This document shows positions 32,941-41,975 of a stretch of 41,975 nt of DNA, one piece after another (within the stretch, counting starts at the first letter, position 1; every line of letters begins with the position of its first letter). The translations under genes and the position numbers were made by a program. The notes below the pieces were generated by a model. The model did no database searches. It was not told the DNA's origin and was given only the letters and a program-made list of their open reading frames with translations. The stretch comes from an uncultured Clostridia bacterium. GTDB taxonomy: Bacteria; Bacillota; Clostridia; Lachnospirales; Lachnospiraceae. The stretch spans positions 1 to 41,975 of the forward strand of contig CAMJIC010000001.1 in the NCBI GenBank assembly GCA_946405675.1, written 5' to 3'.

Positions 32941-35709
32941 ATGAATGTTTACCGCGATATTGCTTCATACCCGGATGACCAGGCGCATGGCCGGATCCAT
33001 AAGTATTATCTATGGTACACACTCCTGTTTATCGTTCTGATGACAGGAATGTTTCTTCCATTTCTCCTGAATGGCAAGTCCTTTGTCTGGACGCCGGATG
33101 GAACAAGCCAGTATTTCCCGCAGATGGTCTATCTGAGAAGGTATTTACGGGAAGCATTTTCCGGACTCATCCATGGGGATTTCCGGCCGTTATTCTATGA
33201 TTTCACGATCGGAATGGGAGATGGAATCATCGTTACCGCCCGAATCAACCGGATCGACATTCTCAGCGCTTTGGTTCCGGCAAGCATGCTTGGCGTGTTC
33301 TATAATTTCACCGTACTGCTCCGACTGTACCTTGGCGGATTATTCTTTTCCATTCTCTTCCGTTACAGAAAAATGGACGACCGTGCAATTCTCACAGGTA
33401 CGATCGTCTATACTTCATGCGGTTTTGCCATGTGCCGGGTTACAATGTATCCCGTGTTCGGAATCGCCCTGTATACGCTTCCATTCATGCTGTTTGGCGT
33501 TGAAAAGATCCTGCAGGAAGACAAAATGATATGGATGATCATCGCGGTGACTGTGGCATTTCTGGGAAATTATTACTTTCCCTACATGAATACCATTGCC
33601 GTTGGTTTTTATTTTCTGTTCCGCTGGCCGTCGATCCGCAGGAAAGTCCCGATGTCCTCAAGTCCTGTGGCTGTGTTTTTCAGCAAAGGATTCCGTACAC
33701 TCGGAGGCTGGCTCGTCGGTGTAGGGATGCAGGCATGTATCCTGATTCCGACCTTCAATCATGTTTTTTCTTCAGACAGAGTACATGTAGAAGAGACCTC
33801 CGGCATTCCTTTCCTGTATCCGGTCAAGTACATGGTCAGTCTGGTGCTCGGGTTCATCAGCCCGAATATTAAACCGGGATACAGTACAGTTGTAAGCATG
33901 ATCGCTCTGGTGGTTCCGATCCTGGTCTTTCTATACTGCGATCATTTTCCTAAACTGAATGCGCTGCGTGCAGCCTTGCTTCTTGAAGCGGCAGGCCTCT
34001 TTCTTCCTTTTGTCGGCCTTGTGATGGGTGCTTTTGGAAATGTGAGCAATCGATGGGTCTTCATTTTTGCGTTTACACTCGGTATATCCAGTATCTATGT
34101 GGTGCAAAAAGGACCCGCATACGGAGTGCCCGCATGCCGCGTGCTGGCTGTAATCACATCCCTGTATGCCGCAGGATCAGTGGCACTGTTCATTCTAAGG
34201 AGGCATCTTGGCATCAGCTCCCTCTATTGTCTGTATGTGGCAGTGGGTGCCGCGTGCCTGACAGTATCTTCGCTTGTATTCCTGATCCTGCGGCGCAGAC
34301 AGCCTTCTTATCAAGTATACAGCTTTGTAATCACTGTCCTTGCGATTCTGTGCGCCGCGGTCATGGGTTTTGTTACCTTCCAGCCTGGACTGGGAAACGT
34401 ATCAACGACATATATGGCAATGAAAGAGTTGCCTTCATACTACGACAGCCAGCCCGTAAGCCGTCTCCACGCCCTGAAAGATGGAGTTTTTTCCCGCACG
34501 GATACCGGATACAACAAAAGGCTTTGGCTGAACAATTCCCTGTACCATGACTATTACGGCGTCTCAGGATTCAATAGTGTCGCGAACGGTAATCTGCAGA
34601 ACTTTTTACTGCAGCTGGAGAGTCCCGGAATTGAAAGCAATGTCAGAATCATGTCAATGGGCGGCAGCACTGTCTGTGAGAACCTTGCTTGTGTCGGTTA
34701 TTATCTGACAGACAGAAAAGACGGGATTATCCCTTATGGCTTTTCACCGATGCCGGAGCATAGCGACAAGAAAAATATATTGTACCGGAATCAAAACCCC
34801 TTGTATTTTGCACGTACCTATGACAGTGCAGTATCCTCTGCTACGTTCGATAACCTCAGTGCAGCGCAGAAAGAACAGTCTTTGATCAAAACTGTTGTAC
34901 TGGATGAGGCAGACCTGACACACCTTCCAGACAATTTTGTAAAGGCAAAAGCCCCTGAAACCCATGAGATATGCATTCCTCTGGATACAGAAACAGCAGC
35001 CGTGAACGGATCTTTGGAAAAGAAAGAAAATGGAGGATTTGTTCTTGGGCCTGAAAGCGAGATCACATTTCCTGTTGAACGCAGACAAGGCTGCGAATCC
35101 TACATCCATCTTACAGGCGTTTCCTATGAGGATGCGTATGTTTCGAAGGATGACGAATCAATCACCCTGTATTCCGGTGCCGGGAAGAGAAAACTGTTTC
35201 TGAGAAGTGATGACAATCCGTATCAGGTTCCCATCAAAGGCTGGCTATCCTATATGGGTTATTCCGAGACGAATGGTCACGATGAAATCCGAATCAGGTT
35301 GAATGGGAAGGGACGCTGCAAAATCAGATCTGCTGAAATCGTCTATATTCCCATGAATTCTTTTGAAGAGGATGTCGCGAAGAGAAACCACGGCGGCTGC
35401 AGCGAGCCTGTCCTGTCTGCGAATACGGTAGAAGGTGACCTGGAAGATGGAGGCCAGCGTTTTGTAGAGCTGTCGCTTCTCTATTCCGATGGCTGGAGTG
35501 CTGAAGTGGATGGTGCCCCGGTACTACTGATGCGGTCAAATCTCTGTTATACCGGCTTTTATGTATCAGAAGGCGCACACCACTTTAAGCTCACGTATTC
35601 GCCGCCACATATGAAGCCTGCAATTGTGATCACGTTACTGAGCTGGCTGATATTTGTCCTGGTACTGATTCGAACGATCAAACGCAGTCAGGCATTGAAA
35701 AAATCATAA
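32941..35709 (+). CDS. YfhO-family polytopic membrane protein (GT-C-type glycosyltransferase)
   Basis: DGTSQYFP, many TM helices, NRWVFIF, YSDGWSAEVDG, GAHHFKLTYSPP followed by a terminal TM helix; GGAG RBS. Confidence 0.88.
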   Translation: MNVYRDIASYPDDQAHGRIHKYYLWYTLLFIVLMTGMFLPFLLNGKSFVWTPDGTSQYFPQMVYLRRYLREAFSGLIHGDFRPLFYDFTIGMGDGIIVTARINRIDILSALVPASMLGVFYNFTVLLRLYLGGLFFSILFRYRKMDDRAILTGTIVYTSCGFAMCRVTMYPVFGIALYTLPFMLFGVEKILQEDKMIWMIIAVTVAFLGNYYFPYMNTIAVGFYFLFRWPSIRRKVPMSSSPVAVFFSKGFRTLGGWLVGVGMQACILIPTFNHVFSSDRVHVEETSGIPFLYPVKYMVSLVLGFISPNIKPGYSTVVSMIALVVPILVFLYCDHFPKLNALRAALLLEAAGLFLPFVGLVMGAFGNVSNRWVFIFAFTLGISSIYVVQKGPAYGVPACRVLAVITSLYAAGSVALFILRRHLGISSLYCLYVAVGAACLTVSSLVFLILRRRQPSYQVYSFVITVLAILCAAVMGFVTFQPGLGNVSTTYMAMKELPSYYDSQPVSRLHALKDGVFSRTDTGYNKRLWLNNSLYHDYYGVSGFNSVANGNLQNFLLQLESPGIESNVRIMSMGGSTVCENLACVGYYLTDRKDGIIPYGFSPMPEHSDKKNILYRNQNPLYFARTYDSAVSSATFDNLSAAQKEQSLIKTVVLDEADLTHLPDNFVKAKAPETHEICIPLDTETAAVNGSLEKKENGGFVLGPESEITFPVERRQGCESYIHLTGVSYEDAYVSKDDESITLYSGAGKRKLFLRSDDNPYQVPIKGWLSYMGYSETNGHDEIRIRLNGKGRCKIRSAEIVYIPMNSFEEDVAKRNHGGCSEPVLSANTVEGDLEDGGQRFVELSLLYSDGWSAEVDGAPVLLMRSNLCYTGFYVSEGAHHFKLTYSPPHMKPAIVITLLSWLIFVLVLIRTIKRSQALKKS

Positions 35710-35748
35710 AAAGACGGGAGCATGGCACGCCATGCTCCCGTCTTTTTT
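35708..35748. terminator. Bidirectional intrinsic terminator between convergent yfhO and kinase genes
   Basis: AAAAAGACGGGAGCATGGC-AC-GCCATGCTCCCGTCTTTTTT. Confidence 0.9.
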
Positions 35749-35818
35749 GCAGAGCCTTCAGGACACCTCTCTTCAATCTATTGCTCCAGCGCAACAATCC
35801 TTGAAAACGGATGCCCTC

Positions 35819-38800
35819 TCACTTTCTGCCTGCCAGCTTTCCAAGCACAGCATACAGGTGATCCGATTCAATCGGCTTGGACAGATGGGCATTCATCCCT
35901 GCCTGGAGGGAATTCTGGACATCCTCGTCAAAGGCATTGGCGGTAAGCGCGATGATCGGAATCGTCCGGGCATCCTCTCTGTCAAGGGCACGGATCGCCC
36001 TGGCGGCATCCAGGCCATTCATCACCGGCATCCGCATGTCCATCAGTATGGCATCGTAGTAATGAGGCGCGCTCTTTTCAAACATCTCCACGCAGATCTT
36101 TCCATTCTGCGCCCAGTCATGCTCCATCCCTTCCAGCTCCAGAAGGTCAAAGATGATATCCGCATTCATCTCCAGATCTTCAGCGATCAGGATCCGAAGG
36201 CCATTCAAATCCGCCGGCCCCGCATCCATCTCCAGGATCTTCTTTCTGATCCCTTCCTTTTTCATCATGGTAAGTACATCCGCAGGATACAGCGGCTTGG
36301 TCAGGAAGCCGTCCACACCTGCGATCCTTGCATCCTCCTCAACATCCTCCCAGGAATACGCCGTAAGCACCACCACCCCGGATTCCATCCCTACGATCTT
36401 CCGGATCTGCCTTGTGACCTCTATGCCATCGAGCTCCGGCATACGAAGATCCATCAGGATCAGGCCATACGCTTCCTGCCGTGCCTTCTTCAGGCGGATC
36501 AGCTCAAGACCTTCCCGGCCGCTGAGGGCGACATCCGCAGTGATGCCGACCTCTTCCAGAACTGACCGGGCATGCTCCGCATCGACCTCCTCATCATCGA
36601 CTACCAGCACCCGAAGATCGTGGTTTAACACTCCTTCCTCATGGCCGTGGCTCATCACGCGGTCACTGTCACGCAGCGGAACCGTCACAACGAAGGTCGT
36701 ACCGTGTCCCGGCTCAGAATCCACCGTGATGCTTCCATTCATCAGCTCCACAATACTCTTTGTGATCGCCATGCCCAGCCCGGTAGAGCCATACTTATTG
36801 GCGCTTTCCGCCCGCTCCTGGGAAAACGCTTCAAATACCCGGGGCAGGAAGTCCTTGTCCATGCCGATCCCGGTATCTCTGACAGTGAAGCGCAGTGTAC
36901 TGAGCCCTTCATAATGAGCCACGCACACTACATCAAAACAGACCGTCCCCGGTGCCGGAGTAAACTTCACTGCATTGCCCAGGATATTGATCAGCACCTG
37001 CTTCAGCTTCATGTCATCGCCGATATAATAGTCCAGCAGCCTTCCCTCGGTATGGAATTCGAAATTCAAGCCCTTGTCGGCACACTGGGCATTGATCATC
37101 GTATGAATCTGGCCGATGATCTCAGAGAAAGAAAACTCCTCATTCCGGATAGACATACGGCCGCTTTCGATACGGCTCATGTCAAGGATAGCATTGATCA
37201 GGCCAAGAAGATGGCGCGCGCTGGCGCCGATCTTTTCCAGCTGCTCCTTCGTGCGGTCCGAAAGCTCAGGATTCTTGAGCGCAATGGTGTCGATGCAGAT
37301 GATGGCGTTCATCGGTGTCCGGATCTCATGGCTCATGTTGGAGAGGAAGACCGTCTTGGCCTTATTGGCCTGCTCCGCCGCTGCCAGCGCATCGCTGAGC
37401 GCCTGCTGCTGGGCCATGGACTGGCGCATCTCTGCATCAATCACCGTCAGCCCAAGGCCGATGGCATGTACCCGGTGATCCGTGCGGTCCTCCGCATGCC
37501 GCACGCCTGCCACCCGGATCATCTCATAGTATTCACTCCCGTCACGCCGGCAAAGATAGCGGAATGCCAGGATCTGTTCTGTTTCCAGCCCCTTCCGGAT
37601 CCTCTCGGGATCAATAAATCCGAGAAATCCCTCCCGGTACTTCTCATCGACATATTGCTCCGCATAATAGGTGAAGCGTTCCAGGTATGGAAAATGAACT
37701 CCCTGGGGCGTCTGCGTCGTATCCTTCGGGTCAGCCCGGTAGCATACGCCATCATCATGATCCAGATCGATATGATACACAGCGCGGTAATCCGATGCCA
37801 GTGCAGTGATCATATGGTCCTGCGCTCTGCGCTGCTTTTCCTCCTGCAGCAGCCGATCCTGAAGTTCCAGACGCCGCTCCAGTTCCTCCTGCTTCCCCCT
37901 GCTTTCCGCCGCTGCCGTTTCCTTTTCCAGCATCAGGCGCGCATTCCTGCGCATCTGGAAAAGAAAGAATGCGGATATGGCCAGAACGGCCAGCAGCGCC
38001 AGGATGGAATGTATGATGCTCCTGCTGATCGTCCTCTGGGAAATTGTACTGATCTCATCTCTCAGGACGCTCTCCCGGATCAGATAGGTCAGCAGCCAGT
38101 CTGTGCCGCCGATGGGATCATAGGACAGGGTCTCATGGATTCCATTGTAGGTAAAAGAAGCCACTCCCTTTACCCCATCTGCAAAATCCTTCGCGACCTT
38201 CTCCCTGGAATAGCCCTTATCAAAGTCTGCATGGGACAGCGCCTCTATGAGATTGTCCTCCACCGCCAGGCCCCCCAGCACCGTATTGCTCAGGGCGATT
38301 CCGTCATTGGTATAGATGTTGCAGAAGGTTGCGCTGTTCTGCGTCTGCATGGATACCCCGGAGAGCATCTCTTCCATCGCAATCTCCATGAAGCAGACGA
38401 CCAGATCCTTTCCCTGATGCTGCAGATGGATCGGGGTGGCAATGATCACTGTCTTCTCAGCATTCTGCGGATCCTTGATAAAAATCTGCGACTTGTCAAG
38501 GCCAAGATAATCAAAGGGATATTGGTCAATATCATTCTGGGTTCCCTGAGAAGTATAGATCAGCCCGTCCTTGTCCACGAAGGCAAACTTCTCCAGGCGG
38601 AACAGCTGTTTCATGCGCATCTGGTATGCCTGGCGGTGCGCATCATCCTTCAGGTCCTCTTCTGTCATCAGGTCGAGAGCAGTCTGCATATCCTGGATCC
38701 TGCCCTGCAGGTTCCTGGTCACAACCTGTTCCCGCCGGTCCGCCAGCTCATCCAGGTACAGAAGGGACACCTTGTGCACAGCCTCATCCGTATCCCTCTG

Positions 38801-38896
38801 CGCACCCTGTCCCATCCACATAGAGCCAAACACAAAAATCAGCAACACAATCAAACCGCCGCAAATCCCAATTGTTATAATGCTGCCCCGTTTCAT
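35819..38896 (-). CDS. Hybrid sensor histidine kinase (TM - Cache-like - TM - PAS-like - HisKA - HATPase - REC - REC)
   Basis: FLSNMSHEIRTPMNAI, NILGNAVKFT, DTGIGM, TGLGMAI, two receiver domains (LMDLRMP, LMDMRMP). Likely start ATG 38896 (track start is 38920). Confidence 0.94.
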   Translation of the reverse strand: MKRGSIITIGICGGLIVLLIFVFGSMWMGQGAQRDTDEAVHKVSLLYLDELADRREQVVTRNLQGRIQDMQTALDLMTEEDLKDDAHRQAYQMRMKQLFRLEKFAFVDKDGLIYTSQGTQNDIDQYPFDYLGLDKSQIFIKDPQNAEKTVIIATPIHLQHQGKDLVVCFMEIAMEEMLSGVSMQTQNSATFCNIYTNDGIALSNTVLGGLAVEDNLIEALSHADFDKGYSREKVAKDFADGVKGVASFTYNGIHETLSYDPIGGTDWLLTYLIRESVLRDEISTISQRTISRSIIHSILALLAVLAISAFFLFQMRRNARLMLEKETAAAESRGKQEELERRLELQDRLLQEEKQRRAQDHMITALASDYRAVYHIDLDHDDGVCYRADPKDTTQTPQGVHFPYLERFTYYAEQYVDEKYREGFLGFIDPERIRKGLETEQILAFRYLCRRDGSEYYEMIRVAGVRHAEDRTDHRVHAIGLGLTVIDAEMRQSMAQQQALSDALAAAEQANKAKTVFLSNMSHEIRTPMNAIICIDTIALKNPELSDRTKEQLEKIGASARHLLGLINAILDMSRIESGRMSIRNEEFSFSEIIGQIHTMINAQCADKGLNFEFHTEGRLLDYYIGDDMKLKQVLINILGNAVKFTPAPGTVCFDVVCVAHYEGLSTLRFTVRDTGIGMDKDFLPRVFEAFSQERAESANKYGSTGLGMAITKSIVELMNGSITVDSEPGHGTTFVVTVPLRDSDRVMSHGHEEGVLNHDLRVLVVDDEEVDAEHARSVLEEVGITADVALSGREGLELIRLKKARQEAYGLILMDLRMPELDGIEVTRQIRKIVGMESGVVVLTAYSWEDVEEDARIAGVDGFLTKPLYPADVLTMMKKEGIRKKILEMDAGPADLNGLRILIAEDLEMNADIIFDLLELEGMEHDWAQNGKICVEMFEKSAPHYYDAILMDMRMPVMNGLDAARAIRALDREDARTIPIIALTANAFDEDVQNSLQAGMNAHLSKPIESDHLYAVLGKLAGRK

Positions 38897-39063
38897 ACAC
38901 CCTCTCCCTCCAGCAGTCACTTCAGGATCTGTCAGTCATTTGGGATCTGTCGCGTAATTGTTTACAGTTAAGTACGGCGAGGCTTTCTGAAGCAGATATC
39001 GGAAAACCAGACAGGCAATATGCATAAGTTAATTCGTGACAGGTCCTAACCGTTTGCAGATCC

Positions 39064-41793
39064 TCAGGAACCATCCGTAAGATGATAGAATCCATAAATC
39101 TTCTGCGGATCACGCTCCACCCTGTCCGCTGCGATCTTCGCGCGGATAAACCGTTCTTCGATCTCCGCCTCTTCCTGCGCATAGGAATAGATGCCAAACC
39201 GCAGGGTGACCTTGTCTGCGATCTCATCCTCGAAGAACAAGTCATCCACAAAACGCTTCAAAAGCACTCCATAATCATTCCGGTGCGGGCAGTAAAGCAG
39301 AAATGCATCCCTCTCTCTCCTGCCGCCGATCCCTCCGGTCTTTCGCAGAAGATTCTTCAAGCCGATCCCGATGCTCCGCTGAACGAGATCTCCAAATTGC
39401 GATCCATACTGTTCATATAAGGAATGGAACTGGTTCACACTGCAGACGATCGCGTCAAAGTCCGCTCCGCTGTAATGCCGGTCGTAACGGTTCACATACC
39501 GGAAGAAATAATCGATATTGTAAAGCCCTGTCAGCCTGTCTTTTTGTGTGCGCCTGATCAGATCCCGGTTCTCGGAAAGCTCAATGCACCTTTCAATGCG
39601 GGCTTTGATGATCTCTATATCCGGATAGGGCTTCGGGATAAAGTCTACCGCGCCGATCTTCAGGCAATCCAGCTCCGCATGGGGATCCACTGAAAGGAAG
39701 ATCACCGGGATAAACATCAGCTCTTCGTCCACCTGCATGGCGTTCATCACTTCCCGGCCTGTCATGCGAGGCATATACAGGTCAAGCAGCACAAGCATAA
39801 TCTCATCCTTATGATCCCGAAGCATCTCCATCGCCTCGATCCCATCCGCCGCATAATAGATGTCATAGTCATCCTTAAGCAGGTCCCCCAGGATCTCACG
39901 GTTCCCATCGATGTCATCCACGATCAGGATGTGCTTGCGCACATTGACCAGAGAAAGCCCTCCAGCCCCCTGAGGCACGGCGGATTTCTCCCGCTCTTCC
40001 TCCGTGACGGCCGCGCCAAGGCTTTTCAGCAGCAGCTTTTCCGTATACATCAGCGTGTCCGCCCGCTCAAAAACCATCTCACAGTTTTTGTCCTTCGAGG
40101 GCTCAAAACGGGCGCATCCGAAGGAAACCACCGCCCTGCCCCGGCCGATATTCACCAATACCTGTTTTTCAAATTTCTCCAGAAGGGATTCCTGGTTGAA
40201 ATAGTCCTCCCCCTCCAGAACCGCGGTAAATTCATCTCCTCCAATGCGAAAGACCGGGCTGTGCTTGAAACAGGTGCAGATCATCTTGCAGGCTTCTTTG
40301 ATATATGCGTCGCCTGCCTCGTGGCCGCGGGTGTCATTGATCCGCTTCAGGTCATTCAGGTCGAATACAACAATGCTGAATTCCAGGCTTTTCTCCTGCC
40401 CGATCCGCCGGTTGATACGCTCCTGCGCCTGGCTGAAAGCATACTTATTCTTTACGCCTGTCATCGCATCGATCGTTGCCATTCTCCGGGCAACTGACAG
40501 GTCGTCCACAATCTTCCTCTGATGGCGGATCTGAGCGTCTTCATCCAAAAGGCCGATGATCAGCTTAGGCTTCCCGTCCTCTTCAAAGCTGGACGCTTTC
40601 ATTCTCACATAGAAAGGAGTATCCCCGTTCACCATACGATAATCCAGCACGAACACGCCGTCCTGAGCGATCGTGCTGAGGATGTTCTCCTTGGTTATCT
40701 GAGAATGGAACAGTTCCCTGTCCTCCGGATAAACGGTCTCAAGCCACTTCTGCTCCATGCGCCGGAAGAAATCGCTTCCCTGTTCCCCGACCCCTAAGCC
40801 GTCACTTTCCCTGGCATCGCTGAATCTACTGAACTGCTCCGTCTCCGGATCGACCAGATACAGTACGATCAGATTGTTGTTCAGGGCACTGAAACGCAGA
40901 TAAGTCTTACGATCCTCACTTGCACGCAGGGCAGCGGCACGGTCCTTCACCTGGGCATCGATGTTGTTCACGCCAATGATGATATGATCCTGATCCTCAC
41001 TGCCATATGCCGCCTTCAGGCTTACATAGACAGGCTCCCCCTCAACAAGAAGCCGGTACTGCATGAGGAACATCCCATGCTTTCTGATCTCAGCCAGAAG
41101 TGTGTCCTTCTCCATGGCTGAAAGAAACTTCTTCTGGTCTTCTTCATAGATATAGATGAGCGCGTTCTTCTTGCACTCCTCGAAAAAAGCCGTTCCCATG
41201 GTCTTTGTTGCATGATATCCGGACTGCGTCCTGGAGCCGTACTCGATGAAATCACCGCTCTCCAGATCCACATAGTAAAGATTGAAATAATCCTCTGACA
41301 GCGCGATGACAATACTTTCATAGGCCGCCCTTGAGATAACCGCCTCCTGATAATCCGCTCTGGCCTGCTCACGCTCTTTCTTGGCCTGCTCCATCTCCGT
41401 AACGTCCAAAGACATGCCAAGAAGGCACTCACGCCCGCCTTCATCATAAAACTTCAGCTTTGTCGTCCGAAGCTGATGCTTCAGCCCGGCAGCATCCTCC
41501 GCCTCTTCCTCATACACACAGGGCTGATCCATCGAGAGCGCTCTTTGATCGTCTTCGGAGAAATGCGCCGCGGCACGATGTCCGAAGATCTCCTCATCCG
41601 TCAGGCCCGCCACCTCCTGCGGCGTCTCCTTATGCGCAAAGCCCGCAAACGCCTGGTTGCAGAAAAGATAAGCCCCGGTCCTGGCATCCTTGGCAAATGT
41701 CATCGCCGGTATATATTCCAATAAGGCATCAAGAGACTCCCTCTGCAGCCTCAGCTGCTCAGCCTGATCGCCTGCCTTCCCTGATCTCTCCAT
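39064..41793 (-). CDS. Diguanylate cyclase (three PAS-like domains - GGDEF - REC - degenerate GGDEF)
   Basis: DAMTGVKN, DLNDLKRINDTRGHEAGD, RIGGDEF; REC LIVDD/LLDLYMP/KP; second domain DRLTGLYN with RERDAF. ATG 41793 has a GGAG RBS; the track start at 41847 is only 4 nt after the -10 box. Confidence 0.92.
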   Translation of the reverse strand: MERSGKAGDQAEQLRLQRESLDALLEYIPAMTFAKDARTGAYLFCNQAFAGFAHKETPQEVAGLTDEEIFGHRAAAHFSEDDQRALSMDQPCVYEEEAEDAAGLKHQLRTTKLKFYDEGGRECLLGMSLDVTEMEQAKKEREQARADYQEAVISRAAYESIVIALSEDYFNLYYVDLESGDFIEYGSRTQSGYHATKTMGTAFFEECKKNALIYIYEEDQKKFLSAMEKDTLLAEIRKHGMFLMQYRLLVEGEPVYVSLKAAYGSEDQDHIIIGVNNIDAQVKDRAAALRASEDRKTYLRFSALNNNLIVLYLVDPETEQFSRFSDARESDGLGVGEQGSDFFRRMEQKWLETVYPEDRELFHSQITKENILSTIAQDGVFVLDYRMVNGDTPFYVRMKASSFEEDGKPKLIIGLLDEDAQIRHQRKIVDDLSVARRMATIDAMTGVKNKYAFSQAQERINRRIGQEKSLEFSIVVFDLNDLKRINDTRGHEAGDAYIKEACKMICTCFKHSPVFRIGGDEFTAVLEGEDYFNQESLLEKFEKQVLVNIGRGRAVVSFGCARFEPSKDKNCEMVFERADTLMYTEKLLLKSLGAAVTEEEREKSAVPQGAGGLSLVNVRKHILIVDDIDGNREILGDLLKDDYDIYYAADGIEAMEMLRDHKDEIMLVLLDLYMPRMTGREVMNAMQVDEELMFIPVIFLSVDPHAELDCLKIGAVDFIPKPYPDIEIIKARIERCIELSENRDLIRRTQKDRLTGLYNIDYFFRYVNRYDRHYSGADFDAIVCSVNQFHSLYEQYGSQFGDLVQRSIGIGLKNLLRKTGGIGGRRERDAFLLYCPHRNDYGVLLKRFVDDLFFEDEIADKVTLRFGIYSYAQEEAEIEERFIRAKIAADRVERDPQKIYGFYHLTDGS

Positions 41794-41851
41794 CTCTTTC
41801 TCCCAATCCCGTTGATATGCACAATATCGCAATGAAGTCTGATTCATGCCA

Positions 41852-41881
41852 ATTATACCGTATCCATGTGTCTTGTTTCAA
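41852..41881 (-). promoter_or_regulatory. sigma70 promoter for the diguanylate cyclase
   Basis: TTGAAA-18 nt-TATAAT. Confidence 0.6.
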
Positions 41882-41889
41882 CTTCTACC

Positions 41890-41908
41890 GGACAGGTTCT
41901 GAACAGTT
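41890..41908. repeat. Partial MITE palindrome
   Basis: Reverse complement is AACTGTTCAGAACCTGTCC. Confidence 0.7.
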
Positions 41909-41920
41909 GAAATTATAGAA

Positions 41921-41975
41921 GTTACAAGTCACACCCTGGCCAGGTCACAGTTCACTGCCCGGCCGGTCAGGCTAT
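41921..41975. repeat. Repeat family B, copy 2 (inverted relative to 1-55)
   Basis: Its reverse complement aligns with 1-55 at 45/55 positions. Confidence 0.75.

Noticed and set aside
36641-38971. 776-aa plus-strand ORF (also 3220-4575, 9469-10875, 14642-15742, 21313-22569 and similar)
   Set aside because: These are antisense shadows of well-supported minus-strand genes, expected from high-GC codon bias, and show no recognisable motifs.
1-41975. Whole window as one transposon or ICE bounded by the terminal inverted repeats
   Set aside because: It contains folC, rpoD, clpX and ttcA, has no transposase, integrase or conjugation genes, and the repeats are only about 82% identical.

Overview
High-GC chromosomal segment from a Lachnospiraceae-like Clostridia genome (taxonomy inferred from gene content and protein style). 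All genes except yfhO are on the minus strand. Left to right: a truncated PD-(D/E)XK remnant; a RelA/SpoT-synthetase-domain fusion protein; a TPR membrane protein; a 54-aa ORF missed by the ORF track; folC; an RpoD-like sigma factor; clpX; an HtrA-like protein with all three catalytic residues substituted; a surface-glycan cluster (three GT2s, LCP, WcaJ-like priming transferase, WecE, two SMR/EamA proteins); ttcA; LysR; Hpt; REC-EAL; an NHLP-type peptidase ABC exporter pair with a Gln/Gly/Tyr-rich accessory protein but no precursor; a secreted beta-helix protein; YfhO; a hybrid histidine kinase; and a PAS-GGDEF-REC protein. The intergenic DNA carries a 133-bp MITE with GTAA...TTAC ends and 8-bp target duplications (IS66-like signature), plus several collapsed or partial palindromic derivatives. 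The two window ends are imperfect inverted copies of a second repeat. No CRISPR array, rRNA, tRNA or transposase was seen. All calls were made by eye from motifs; no database searches were run.
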